Shown: positions 20,873-31,355 of the stretch, in pieces
Layout: every line of letters starts with the position of its first letter
How positions within the stretch are numbered: position 1 is the stretch's first letter
Assembly (NCBI GenBank): GCA_963765205.1
Contig: CAVXVB010000009.1
Span: 704,001 to 768,000, forward strand
DNA length: 64,000 bases
Direction: 5' to 3'
Source: an uncultured Verrucomicrobiae bacterium
GTDB lineage: Bacteria; Verrucomicrobiota; Verrucomicrobiia; Opitutales; JABDGR01
Position numbers and translations under genes: made by a program
Notes under the pieces: model-generated
Told to the model about the DNA's origin: nothing
The model's database searches: none
The model's input: only the letters and a program-made list of their open reading frames with translations

Positions 20873-23756
20873 ATGAAAACTTGCTTTTGGAAGAACGCCG
20901 GCTTGGCGGCCGGTTTGTCATTGCTCGGCGTCACCGCGTTGCTATGGTCGCCGGCCTCGGCGCAAAACGCTGCTCCAACCGCGACCGCCACCACAACTTC
21001 ATCAGCGACGACTGCGCCCGCGGCAGGCACGGCCACGGGGGGCCGGGGCCGTGGGCGCGGCAACGCGGTGTCCGCCACGCCGACGCTGGGCCTCGAGGAG
21101 GGTTTGCTCGAATTCGACACGCCCGACTTTAATTTGAAGCTGGTCAAGGCGTCGCAGACTATCGCCGCGTTGCAGCCCAAGGGCGCGGATGGTTTTGATT
21201 TCACGCCCGCCGACCGGCTCACCTATCGCGCCAGCAACGGTTTTAATTCGCTGGGCGACCTCACCTTGCGCGTGCGCGCGGGCGACGTTGGGCCGTGGAC
21301 CAATTACGCCACCAGCACCGCGCGCCAGCCGGTCACGCCGCTCGACGTGGCCGCGCCCACGCTCGCCGCCGCCGACTTGTCGCCAACGCTGCCGGCGGAC
21401 TGCCCGTTGCAAATCACGCGCACCTGGCTGCTCGACAACGGGCGGCTGGCGGTGCGCTTTGACCTCAAGAACAAGACCGCCGGCCCGGTGCAAATCGGCG
21501 CGCTCGGTCTGCCGATGATTTTTAATAATATGCTCACCCGCGCGCCCGCGGCGAACGACCGCACGCTGGCCCAAATGGAGACGGGCTGCTCGTTCTACGA
21601 CCCGGCCATTAACGAGGACGGCGGCTATGTGCAGGTGACGCGCCTCAACGGCCACGGCCCGGCGCTGCTCGTCGTGCCCGAGGGCCGCACGCCGTTCGAG
21701 GCCTGGCGCATCCTCAATGAGCCGAACGGGCCGAACGGCATGTTTGGGCGCGGCAACCCTTACGAAGGCTCGTTCGAGTGGATGGTTCACTCGCAGGCTT
21801 ACGCCGAAAATGAATGGCAGGGCGTCCAGGAATGGAACCCGGCCACGTTGGCGACGCTCGCGCCCGGCGAAATCAAATCCTACGGCCTGAAATTTCTCGT
21901 CGCGCCGGAACTGCGTGACATTGACCAAACCCTGCAAGCAAACAACCGCCCGGTCGCCGTCGGCATCCCCGGCTACATCCTGCCGATGGATTTGAATGGG
22001 AAGTTGTTTTTAAATTATCCGCACAAAATCACGTCCATTCAAACCGATCCGGCCAATGCGATCAGCGTCGTCCAAAACGCGCCGACGAAAAACGGCTGGA
22101 AGGACTTGACGCTGCACGGCCAGACCTGGGGCCGCGTGCGCCTGAGCATCACCTACGACGACGGCGCGACGCAGGCCATCAGCTATTATGTCATCAAGCC
22201 CGGCGCGCAGGCCGTGGCCGACTTGGGCAATTTTTATTTCACCAAGCAGTGGTTTGTGGATCCCACCGATCCCTTCGGCCGCAGCCCGTCGGTTATGACT
22301 TACGACCGCGCACATAACCGCATCGTCACCCAGGACGCCCGCGCGTGGGAGGCGGGTTTGAGCGACGAGGGCGGCGCCGGCTCGTGGCTCGCCGCCGCGA
22401 TGAAGGAATCCGGCCAGCCCAACCCGGACGAACTTGCGAAATACCAGCAGTTCATTGACGGCGTGCTCTGGGGCAACATTCAATACAAGGACGGCGATTT
22501 GCAATACGGCGTGAAGAAAAGCGTTTTCTACCACGACCCCGCCGTGCTGCCCGATTTTCCCTATGACCCGAAGATCAACTGGGGTTCGTGGACGAGTTGG
22601 AACCAGCGCGACGCCTCGGTCCGTCACCCGCGCCTATGATTACGCGCACGTCGTCGCCGCGTATTGGGCGATGTATCACGTCGCGCGCAATGACCCCGGC
22701 CTGGTCACCAACCACGGCTGGGACTGGTATCTCAACCAGGCGTTCTTGACGGCCTATTACCTCGGCACGCACCCGCGCATCGGCAATGCCAACGACGGCC
22801 TCATGGACGGCACGATTTTCCTGCTCGTGTTGCAGGATTTGACGCGCGAAAACTGGCCCGACCAAACGGCGCTTCTTGAGGCGCAATTGAAGGCCCACGC
22901 GGATGACTGGGCGGCGCGCGCGCTGCCCTTCGGCAGCGAAATGGCTTGGGACTCGACCGGCCAGGAGGAGGTCTATGGAATCACAAAATACTTTGGCTAT
23001 GACGACCAGGCGCAGATCACGCTCGATTCGATTCTCGGCTACATGCCCTCCATCCCGCACTGGGGCTACAACGGCAACGCCCGGCGGTTTTGGGACTTTT
23101 TTTACGGCGGCGCGCCCGGCGGCAGCAGCGAGCGCCAGCTCCACCACTACGGCTCCGGCCTCAACGCCATCCCGGTGCTCTCCGCCTACCGCGACCACCC
23201 GGATGATTATTACCTGCTGCGCGTCGGCTACGGCGGCGCGATGGGCGGCCTGAGCAACATTGACCAGGAGGGCTTTGCCGGCACCGCCTTCCATTCCTTT
23301 CCCAATCACATGGCGTGGGACACTTACTCCGGCGACTACGGCCCCAACTTTTTCGGCGTCGCCACCAACGCCGCGACCTATGTCATCAACCACCCCGAAT
23401 TCGGCTGGCAGGCCTTCGGCGGCAACGTGCAGACGGACGGCGACTGGGTCAAGGTGCAGACGCTCGACTGCTTCCGCCAGCGCGTCTATATCGCCCCGCG
23501 CGGCCTCTGGGTCACGCTCGACGCCGGCACTTTCGACCACGTCGAGATCAACACGCAGACCCACGCCGTGCGCCTCGCCCTGGCCCCCGCGGCCCCACAC
23601 GCCCCGCAGGCCTATTTACGCATCGAACAACCCGCAAAAATTGACGGGATCGGCGCCTACCGCCCCGCCCAAAAATTCCCCCTCGACCACCAGGCCTTTG
23701 CCGTGCCGTTGGGGAAAGATCTGACAATGGTGGATTTGACTGACGTGGCGTTGTAG
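20873..23756 (+). CDS. secreted DUF5695 protein, putative glycoside hydrolase; +1 frameshift ~22619
   Basis: Signal peptide and Thr/Ala linker; AGLSDEGGAG, FGSEMAWDSTGQE, HWGYNGNARRFWDF, ERQLHHYGSGLN. Confidence 0.75.
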
Positions 23757-23844
23757 GTCATACTAGATGCATTTCGTGATAAGCAATGAATGCATTTGAT
23801 TTGGGATTGTATATTTGAAAAATCCATAAAGACCTCATGTTTTT

Positions 23845-24141
23845 TTAATGTAAGCCCCTTGCTATGGCAGAACAGGCTGCATAAAGAAGAAGCCATGCGC
23901 CAACACTTCCGACAAACATTCCGCAGCCAAATTTTCTAGTCGAAGGAGTAACGACTAGACAAACGGCCAAAATCGGAACTGCATATAAAATGAAATATAT
24001 ATAGTCCTGAAGCAAATGGTCTTGGATATGGCCGTTAATCATCATCCAAAGAATGACTGGCTGGATAAAAACGAAGGCCATCCCGGCAAAAAACCAGAGA
24101 TTGCTTTGCTTTTTAGGCTCTATATCACCAAGGGGATTCAT
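23845..24141 (-). CDS. small AT-rich hypothetical membrane protein
   Basis: Three hydrophobic segments. Confidence 0.5.
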   Translation of the reverse strand: MNPLGDIEPKKQSNLWFFAGMAFVFIQPVILWMMINGHIQDHLLQDYIYFILYAVPILAVCLVVTPSTRKFGCGMFVGSVGAWLLLYAACSAIARGLH

Positions 24142-24150
24142 AGCGTTAAA

Positions 24151-24411
24151 TTATGTTTGCCTACTTAATCTCCCCGCAATTAGAGCCAGTTTCTTTGTCC
24201 GCCGCCAGCTTTTGATTTCATGTTCGCGCCGGAGGGCGCTGCCGCGCGTGCGCCGGCGCTCGCTATAGACCAGGACGACGGGCCGGCGGGTCTTGGTATA
24301 GCGCGCGCCCTGTTTGGCGTGGTTGTGCTGCCGCAGCCGCCGCGGCAGGTCATTCGTGCAGCCGACATACAGCGTCCGGTCGGCGCATTCCAGGATGTAG
24401 ACGAAATACAT
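24151..24411 (-). CDS. GIY-YIG nuclease, UPF0213/YhbQ-like
   Basis: [23 protein letters not shown]...GARYTK.RRPV. Confidence 0.9.
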   Translation of the reverse strand: MYFVYILECADRTLYVGCTNDLPRRLRQHNHAKQGARYTKTRRPVVLVYSERRRTRGSALRREHEIKSWRRTKKLALIAGRLSRQT

Positions 24412-24492
24412 GGCGGGGTAGGGTGGTGCGATGGTTGGGCTCGGGCTAAGTTCGTCCAATGACCATTATTCCCCCATCGTGTCGGGAAAACC

Positions 24493-24521
24493 TTGACGCC
24501 GCCCCGGCCCTTTTTTAAAGT
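24493..24521 (+). promoter_or_regulatory. sigma70-like promoter for tRNA-Gln
   Basis: TTGACG-17 nt-TAAAGT. Confidence 0.55.
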
Positions 24522-24539
24522 CATCGTTTCCCTTTTTAC

Positions 24540-24613
24540 TGCCCGATAGTGTAATGGTAGCACAAGTGACTCTGACTCACTTTGTCATGGTTCGAATCCA
24601 TGTCGGGCAACCA
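24540..24613 (+). tRNA. tRNA-Gln(CTG)
   Basis: Acceptor TGCCCGA/TCGGGCA, anticodon arm AGTGA-CTCTGAC-TCACT, T arm CATGG-TTCGAAT-CCATG, encoded CCA. Confidence 0.97.
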
Positions 24614-24636
24614 TTTTGGTTCCGGTCCGGGCCGGT

Positions 24637-25530
24637 TCAATCCACCCGCGCGCCGCTCTCCTTTTGTTTCCGCAATTCGTAAGTCTTCACCACCGTCAGA
24701 AACTCGTAATACGCGTGCAACCGCGCGAAATACCAGCCCGCGCGGCCGTCCAAAAACCCGCGCTGCCAGACATACACATATAAAAAGCGCAGGGTGGGGC
24801 GGCACGGAAGCTGGCGCGCCCACCCTTTGAGCCGCCGCCGCCAGCCGACATTGCCCTTCTGCAATTCCGCCGCATTTTGCACCCCGCCGCCCTGCTGCGC
24901 CACCGCCGCCTCCCAATTCGAGTAGCGGTTGTGCTTTTCGACAAACGCCGCCACCGTCGGAAACGCGTAATGGTCCATCAGCGCGGCCAGCCGCCCCGTT
25001 TCGCCCTCGACCAGCAGATGCTCATGCACCTCGTTGTCGCCGCTTTGCGTGTCGCCCTCGGCCAGGCGCTCAAATTTCGCCGCACGATGCTTCACCAGCC
25101 GCAAATTCCAATTCGGAAAATACGCGTGGCGCAACCACTGCCCGAGGAAAAAGAACCGCCGGTTGATCCAGTAGCCCGCGCAAAGGCCCGCCGGGTTCGT
25201 CACGATCGCGCGGATTTCCTCCGCCGCGCTCGCGGGCATGACCTCGTCGGCGTCAAGCAGCAGCACCCATTCGTGCGTGAAAGGCAAATGGCGCAGCGAC
25301 CATTCCTTTTTCTTCGGCCAGCCGCCCTTGTAATCAAATTGCACCACCCGCGCGCCCAACCGCTCGGCCATCAGCGCCGTGCCGTCCTCGCTCCGCGAAT
25401 CCACTACGAAAATTTCCGCCGCCCACGCCACCGAGGCCAGGCAGCGTGGCAGATTCGCGGCCTCGTTCTTCACCGGGATCAGCACGGAAACCGGCACGGG
25501 CGGGGCGGGCGCTGGGGTGGTGGCACTCAT
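24637..25530 (-). CDS. GT2 glycosyltransferase
   Basis: VSVLIPVKNE, VVDS.S.DGT, LDADE, NEVHEH. Confidence 0.88.
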   Translation of the reverse strand: MSATTPAPAPPVPVSVLIPVKNEAANLPRCLASVAWAAEIFVVDSRSEDGTALMAERLGARVVQFDYKGGWPKKKEWSLRHLPFTHEWVLLLDADEVMPASAAEEIRAIVTNPAGLCAGYWINRRFFFLGQWLRHAYFPNWNLRLVKHRAAKFERLAEGDTQSGDNEVHEHLLVEGETGRLAALMDHYAFPTVAAFVEKHNRYSNWEAAVAQQGGGVQNAAELQKGNVGWRRRLKGWARQLPCRPTLRFLYVYVWQRGFLDGRAGWYFARLHAYYEFLTVVKTYELRKQKESGARVD

Positions 25531-26079
25531 GGAGAGGGAAGCGGCCGGCGCCGGGTTGCCGGCCACCGTCACGCCGTCCGCCACGTCCTGCGTGACGACC
25601 GCGCCCGCGCCGACCACCGCGCGCCGGCCCACCGACACGCCCGGCAGCACGATCGCGCGCAGGCCGACAAACGCCTGCGGGCCGATGACAATCGGCGCGG
25701 TTTGCAACGGCAGCGCCGCCGAGGAAAAATCATGCGTCCCGGTGCACAGGTAGGCCTCCTGCGCGACGGTGCAGCCTTCGCGCAATTCAATGCGCCCCAG
25801 CGCATACGCATGCGCCCCGTCGCCCAGGCACGCGCGGTCGCGCATCGTCAAATTCCACGGGTGCGTCACCCGCGCGCGCGGATGCACAAACGGGCGCCCC
25901 GCCAGCGTCGCGCCAAACACCCGCAGCCAGAACAGCCGCCACGCGTTGGCCGGCTTCGGCGTCCAGCGGCACAGCAGCGCCCAGCACCAGTCCCACAATT
26001 GCGCCCGCACGCGCTCGCTCCCCGTCCACGGCGTGGCGTAGGGCGAGGCTTGCGCGTAAGTGTGGCGCGGAGCTTTCAT
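25527..26079 (-). CDS. wcaF: WcaF-like hexapeptide acetyltransferase; fusion to GT2 in ORF track is probably an indel artefact
   Basis: WRLFWLRVFGA, PWNL, LCTGTHD, AGNPA. Confidence 0.75.
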
Positions 26080-27221
26080 GGGGCGGTTTGGTTCAGCAAA
26101 GACTCAAAATCATTCAGGTAGCGGGTGGCAACTTCTTCCACGCGGAAATGCCCGGCGGTCTCCCACGCCGCTGCGGCCAGCCGCGCGCGCCGGGCCGGGT
26201 CGCCCGCCAGCGCGGCGAGCGTCGCCGCCAGCCGCGCCCCAGCATTGGGCGCGCGGTGGTCAAAGACGAGGCCATTCTCGCCCGCGCGCAAATAATCGCG
26301 GAAGCACGCCAAATCGGAAACCACCCCCGTCGCCCCCGCCGCCATGGCCTCCAGCGGCGCCAGCCCAAAGGACTCGCCCTTCTCCGCCACCGAGGGGTAA
26401 ACAAACAACCGCGCCCGGCGGTTTAGCTCATGCAGCTTCGCCGTGTCCGCGCCAAAGAGCGGCCCGGTCCACTCGACCGTCTCGCGGGTTGGCGCGAATT
26501 TCGCGGCCAGTTTTGCCTGATATTCTTCGCCTCCGCCGCCCTGCTCCACTATCCACGGCCCGGCCAGCACCAGCTTCCAGCCCGCCAAAACCCTGCGCAC
26601 GTCCGGCTGGCCCCACGCTTCCGCCAGCAAATCCAGCCCCTTTTCCGGATGAATCCGCCCCGCATACAACACGATGGGCGCGCGCGCCGCGTCCGGCAAT
26701 GGTTGGCTTTCCCACGCCCCGTCCGGCAGTGGGTTCGGCAACGTGCATACTCGGCCCGCCAGCGCCGGGCACTGCGCCCGCACCGCGGCGGAAACCGTTT
26801 CCGACACGCATTGCACCCGCGCCGCCCGCCCGTAAAATCGAAACTGTCCCTTCGGAAATCGCGCCACATGCACATACAGCAACCCGCGCGCGGGATCGTG
26901 CCGCAGCAGTGGAAACCAAAACGTGTTCGTGACCAGAATATCTGCGGGCGGCAGCACCCGCGCCGCGCGCCGCGAATAAACCAGGTCGCGCCACTTCAGC
27001 CGCCAAGACGAACCCGGCTGGTCAAACCCCGGTACCCGCACATGGCGCACGCCGTCGAGTTCCTGCGTTTTGGGCAGCCCGTCGCACAACCGCGAAATAT
27101 GCGTCACGGTGTGGCCGCGCCGCGCAAACTCCCGGCCCAGCGCCAGCCAGACCTTCTCCACCGCCCCGCCCCGCAACGTCGGCACCGGAAAAAACGCGCC
27201 TTGGACAATGGTAATGCGCAT
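26076..27221 (-). CDS. GT4 glycosyltransferase
   Basis: GGAVEK, GRIHPEKG, ESFGLAPLEAMAAG. Confidence 0.9.
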   Translation of the reverse strand: MRITIVQGAFFPVPTLRGGAVEKVWLALGREFARRGHTVTHISRLCDGLPKTQELDGVRHVRVPGFDQPGSSWRLKWRDLVYSRRAARVLPPADILVTNTFWFPLLRHDPARGLLYVHVARFPKGQFRFYGRAARVQCVSETVSAAVRAQCPALAGRVCTLPNPLPDGAWESQPLPDAARAPIVLYAGRIHPEKGLDLLAEAWGQPDVRRVLAGWKLVLAGPWIVEQGGGGEEYQAKLAAKFAPTRETVEWTGPLFGADTAKLHELNRRARLFVYPSVAEKGESFGLAPLEAMAAGATGVVSDLACFRDYLRAGENGLVFDHRAPNAGARLAATLAALAGDPARRARLAAAAWETAGHFRVEEVATRYLNDFESLLNQTAP

Positions 27222-27231
27222 GGGTTTAAGA

Positions 27232-27373
27232 GTTAAGAATGGAAGATGGAAAATGGAAGATGGAAAAAGCCAAGACGCTCAATTTCGTTTGGCTTATTTT
27301 TCCATCCGATTTCTAATGTAGAGGTGCAGGCTTGCTGCGCCCTCTTTTTTTCCATTTTCCATCTTCCATTCCG
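27232..27373. repeat. inverted heptamer arrays enclosing hairpins, intergenic
   Basis: atggaag/atggaaa repeats at left, ttccatt/ttccatc repeats at right. Confidence 0.7.
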
Positions 27374-28552
27374 CTAATCCTTCCCCTCCAGCACCTCAAT
27401 CTGCCGCCGCGCCGCCGCCTCGATTTGAAAACGCTTCAGAAAACAATCATGCGCGGCAACGGAAAACCGCGCGCGGTCGGCGCTCGTCCACGTCGCGTGC
27501 CGCTCCAGCAATTCGCGTGTCCCCGCCAGGTCGTCCGCTGCCGCCAAACCCGCGCCGTCGGCCACCACTTCGCGCCAGAGGTTGACCTGGTTGGAAATCA
27601 GCGTCGGCGTCCCCGCCGCCAGCGCCTCCGCCACGACGTAACCGAAATTTTCCTGGTGCGACGGCAGCACCAGCGCGTCCGCCCCCTCCAGCGCCGCCCA
27701 TTTCAAATCTTGGTCGAGCAACCCCGTCCAAAAAACATCCACGCCCTCGCGCAGGCCAAGTTGTTGCTGCAACGCGCGGCAGCGCGCGGAAAACTCCGGA
27801 CGACTTTCCGGCCCAGCCAGCACGAGCACCGGCGCGGTTTGGTTCGCCCGCGCCGCGGATGGATGCGCCGCCGCGTAAGCCTCCAGCAGCAAATCCACGC
27901 CCTTCTTTGGGTCAATCCGCCCGAGATACAGCAGGAATTTTCTGCCCGCCAGCGCCGGAAATTTTTCCTTCCATTGCCGCGCCCGCTCGGCGGGATTCCC
28001 GGCGGGCAACTCAACCCCCAGCGGCGAAATGACGCAGCGCGCCGCCCACGGCAAAAACGAATTTTGCGCCAGCCGCCTTTCCTCCTCGGTGGTGAACGCC
28101 ACGGCGCGCGCGTCGCGCAAAATTTTGTGCCCGCCGAGTTTCCAATAAATCACCTTCTTGAAATGCTTGCGCGGATAGGCCCGCTGAAACCACGGATCCA
28201 GCATTCCATGCGGATACACCACATACGGCACCTCCGCCGCCCGCGCCGCCGCGCGCACCGCCGGCCCGTGGTATTGCCACAGCCCCTCAATCGTCATCGC
28301 CTCGAACCGTCGCGCGCTTTTCCGCACCCATTTCGCAAACGCCGGGCACCAGCCGTAGCTGCGAAAGACCCGCGGCCCAAACGCCCGCACCGGATACGCC
28401 CGTCCCACCAGCCACGGCGACCCCGGCTCATCCAGGCACGCGACCTCGACCTCCTGCCCCAACGCCAGCTCCGCCCGCGTCAGCGCGTCCACCGCCGTCG
28501 CCACCCCTCCCGCCGCCGGATCGAGTGAATGAACCGTTTTTAGAATGCGCAT
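27374..28552 (-). CDS. GT4 glycosyltransferase
   Basis: PHGMLDPW, GRIDPKKG, ENFGYVVAEALAAG. Confidence 0.9.
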   Translation of the reverse strand: MRILKTVHSLDPAAGGVATAVDALTRAELALGQEVEVACLDEPGSPWLVGRAYPVRAFGPRVFRSYGWCPAFAKWVRKSARRFEAMTIEGLWQYHGPAVRAAARAAEVPYVVYPHGMLDPWFQRAYPRKHFKKVIYWKLGGHKILRDARAVAFTTEEERRLAQNSFLPWAARCVISPLGVELPAGNPAERARQWKEKFPALAGRKFLLYLGRIDPKKGVDLLLEAYAAAHPSAARANQTAPVLVLAGPESRPEFSARCRALQQQLGLREGVDVFWTGLLDQDLKWAALEGADALVLPSHQENFGYVVAEALAAGTPTLISNQVNLWREVVADGAGLAAADDLAGTRELLERHATWTSADRARFSVAAHDCFLKRFQIEAAARRQIEVLEGKD

Positions 28553-28871
28553 AGAGAAGCGTTCATAGCGCCTAGGTTACCGATATAAATCTTCGACAAA
28601 ATGAATAATTTCTTGATGTTCAATTCTGAAATACGAATAACCATGAAGCCGACTAAGCCAGTTAAATAAGCAGGCCGTCCATTTAGTCCAGTTCGCAATC
28701 TCAAGCTCCGATGTAATTCCGCGCTTTTGGCTATAGAGCAAATATGCTTCACGGTCATCCAAAACTTTGCGCATTCCCTTAAGATGAGCCGGACTCTGAA
28801 GGAAGATTGATGGGACTTCTGGAAGAATTGTATTTTCAGACATCTCTTTAGTCATTCCTTTAGAGAGCAAT

Positions 28872-29459
28872 TCAATATATTCTAGCCACGAGAGGGTAGG
28901 CGGCTGTGGGATCTTGTGAAAACGATTCCGGCTTTGCAACGGAGGGTATCGGAATTGAAGACGAGTGTGACGCTGGACCAGAACCGAGAGGCGGCTTTGT
29001 TGCGGGAGGTAATTGGTGAAGTTGTAAGACAAGACTTTTGAATTCGGCCTCTGAATCTGAATATGAGGACAAATTTGCACCCCTACGGGTGCCGATGCAT
29101 TTGGGGAGTAAAATTGGTTCCTTGGACTGACGAATGACCGGCACAAACTTTTTGGTGCCTAAATTGTTAATCAGTTCTTGGGTAACAATCATCGCCTCGT
29201 ACCCTGCGCCGCCTTTGCCTTCGTCAACCTTCTTTACATAAGGCTCGGTACAGATCATGAGTACTCTGTCAGCATGCCCAACCCAATACTCCATGAATTT
29301 TGCCACGTCATCACCATATTCAAGATCCCATTGATCAATGGTTACATCAATGCCCTCTTTGCGGAGACGCTGTGCAATTTCCAAAACCCATTGTTTATGC
29401 TCCTTCGAGTCATGGGAGTATGAAATAAACGCTGAGGGGATGCTTGGTTCTTCATTCAT
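28872..29459 (-). CDS. SEFIR/TIR-domain protein, AT-rich; may continue in another frame to 28577
   Basis: AFISYSHDS.EHKQWV, GIDVTIDQWDL, FME, GGAGYE. Confidence 0.85.
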   Translation of the reverse strand: MNEEPSIPSAFISYSHDSKEHKQWVLEIAQRLRKEGIDVTIDQWDLEYGDDVAKFMEYWVGHADRVLMICTEPYVKKVDEGKGGAGYEAMIVTQELINNLGTKKFVPVIRQSKEPILLPKCIGTRRGANLSSYSDSEAEFKSLVLQLHQLPPATKPPLGSGPASHSSSIPIPSVAKPESFSQDPTAAYPLVARIY

Positions 29460-29517
29460 GTTGAAAAAGAAGCCATGGTTTCAGTTTTACAGAAAGGAAA
29501 TGAACATTAACACGCGT

Positions 29518-30216
29518 TCACTCCACAAACCCCTTCTCTCTTGTAAAATAATTCCATTCCGCCGGGAGTTTCTTCAGCGCGCGGGCGGGGACGCCGGCGT
29601 AGAGCGTGTGTGTCTCCTCGACGGGGTGGGGGAGCACGGCCCCCGCGCCGAGCACGCAATAATCCGGCAGCCGCGCGCCGGGCAGCACCACACACGCCGA
29701 GCTGACGAAGCAATACGCGCCAATTTCCACCGGGGCCGAGGTCTGGCGCCCGGCGGCGAGGTCAATGTTGTGCGTCAAAATTTGTGAGCGAAACCCGGCC
29801 ATTGTGGTATGATGCCCGATGGTCACGCGATTCGTGCAATCGAGCAAATGCCGGCTCGTCACGGCGCTGTGCGCGCCCAAAATCAATTCCGGCGCGCGCT
29901 CCGGCTGGTGCGCGAAATGGCGCGACTTGGCGGGAGATACCCGGTTTTGGTCGGAGGGAAAGCCCGTGATCCAGTTCAGTTGCGCGATGATGGCGTGCGG
30001 CCCGAGTTCGAGGCGGCGCAACCCGCGCACGACGTTCAAGTGCCCGATGCGCGCGCCCTCCCCCAGCTCGACTTGCTCCGCCGCGATCAGCGACAGGCCG
30101 ATGCGCGCCGTCGGGTGCAGCCGGTAGCCGAGCAGCGACTGCAACAGCGGCCGCTTCAAAAACCACGGCAGCGGCGCGGCGAGCGCGGCGATAAAAATTC
30201 GCAAACGGGAATTCAT
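29518..30216 (-). CDS. hexapeptide-repeat acetyltransferase
   Basis: LbH repeats, ILTH, YAGVPA. Confidence 0.8.
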   Translation of the reverse strand: MNSRLRIFIAALAAPLPWFLKRPLLQSLLGYRLHPTARIGLSLIAAEQVELGEGARIGHLNVVRGLRRLELGPHAIIAQLNWITGFPSDQNRVSPAKSRHFAHQPERAPELILGAHSAVTSRHLLDCTNRVTIGHHTTMAGFRSQILTHNIDLAAGRQTSAPVEIGAYCFVSSACVVLPGARLPDYCVLGAGAVLPHPVEETHTLYAGVPARALKKLPAEWNYFTREKGFVE

Positions 30217-31355
30217 GCGAGGGCGCGTTGATAAAGGTTGGCGTAGGCGTCGAACATCCGGTCGGCGCTAAAGCGCGCGGCGTTGGCGAGGCCCGCCGCC
30301 CCCAGCTTCGCGCGCTCCGCCGCGCCGGCCAAGGCAATAATCGCGCCGGCCATCCCGCGAAAATCATCCGGCGCAACCAACACCGCCGCCGCCCCCGCCA
30401 GTTCCGGCAGCGAAGTCACGTTGCTGCAAATCACCGGGCAGCCGCACGCCTGCGCCTCGAGCACCGGCCAGCCGTAGCCCTCGGAGTAGCTGGGAAAAAC
30501 CAGCGCGTGCGCGCGGCTATACAGCGCGGCGAGTTCGTCGTGCGTCGGTCCGGGAATTTCGACCACGGCCTCCGCCGGCAAACCCACTTCGCGCGCCACC
30601 GCGCGTTCACTCTCGTTCAAGGCATCGCCCGCAAAAACGACCCGCCCCGGCCATTCCTTCCGCGCCAGCGCCAGCGCGCGCAACACCCCCGCCCGGTTCT
30701 TGCGCGCCAAGCCCGACCCGACGTGCAGCAGATACGGCCCATCCAGCAATCCCGGAAACCGCGCCAGCCGCGCCGCCGCTTCCGCCGCGGGCACCGGCGC
30801 AAACGGTGCGTTGAGCGCCAGCGGAATCGTCACCACGCGGTCGTCGTCCACCCGCCCGGTCAGGCGGCGAAAATCCTCGGTGGTTGCCGCCGAATCGCAC
30901 GCCACCCACGGCACGCGGCCCAGATACCGCAGAATCAGCGCCTGCAAAATTTTCCCCGTGGGCGAAGCCGGGCAATACGTCGCCTCGCCGCGTGCGCCGC
31001 GCACCGCCAGCAAATCATGGCAGGTCAGCACGACGCGCCGCCCGCCCAGGCCGCGCAGGTAGATCGAGTTCGAATGGTCGCAAATGTGGAACACCGTCGG
31101 GCGCGTCCCATCCCACCCCTGCGCCATCGCCATCGCGGCCGCGCGCCCGGGGAACCGCACATACTGGTCCACGTAGGCCGCCCATTTGCGCGCCCCCGCC
31201 GGCGCGCGCCGCGCCGCCCACGGCTCCGGTTGGACGAGGAACGCCGCCACCCCGCGCCGCCGCCAGCCGGTTTGCATCATCCCGGCAAAGCGCAGCATGC
31301 TCTGCTGGCGGGCCGGCGCGTAATTGCCCAACAATACGACTTGAAAATCGCTCAC
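30213..31355 (-). CDS. GT4 glycosyltransferase
   Basis: GTG start overlapping upstream stop; RKN, EGYGWPVLEAQACG. Confidence 0.88.
   Translation of the reverse strand: MSDFQVVLLGNYAPARQQSMLRFAGMMQTGWRRRGVAAFLVQPEPWAARRAPAGARKWAAYVDQYVRFPGRAAAMAMAQGWDGTRPTVFHICDHSNSIYLRGLGGRRVVLTCHDLLAVRGARGEATYCPASPTGKILQALILRYLGRVPWVACDSAATTEDFRRLTGRVDDDRVVTIPLALNAPFAPVPAAEAAARLARFPGLLDGPYLLHVGSGLARKNRAGVLRALALARKEWPGRVVFAGDALNESERAVAREVGLPAEAVVEIPGPTHDELAALYSRAHALVFPSYSEGYGWPVLEAQACGCPVICSNVTSLPELAGAAAVLVAPDDFRGMAGAIIALAGAAERAKLGAAGLANAARFSADRMFDAYANLYQRALA

Noticed and set aside
24540..24660. Genomic island integrated at tRNA-Gln
   Set aside because: No integrase and no repeated tRNA 3' end in the window; adjacent genes have host-like GC
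24637..26079. WcaF-GT2 fusion (480-aa ORF)
   Set aside because: Removing one C near 25548 gives GNPARPLPSP* whose TGA overlaps the GT2 ATG (ATGA). This fits the window-wide +1 error pattern.
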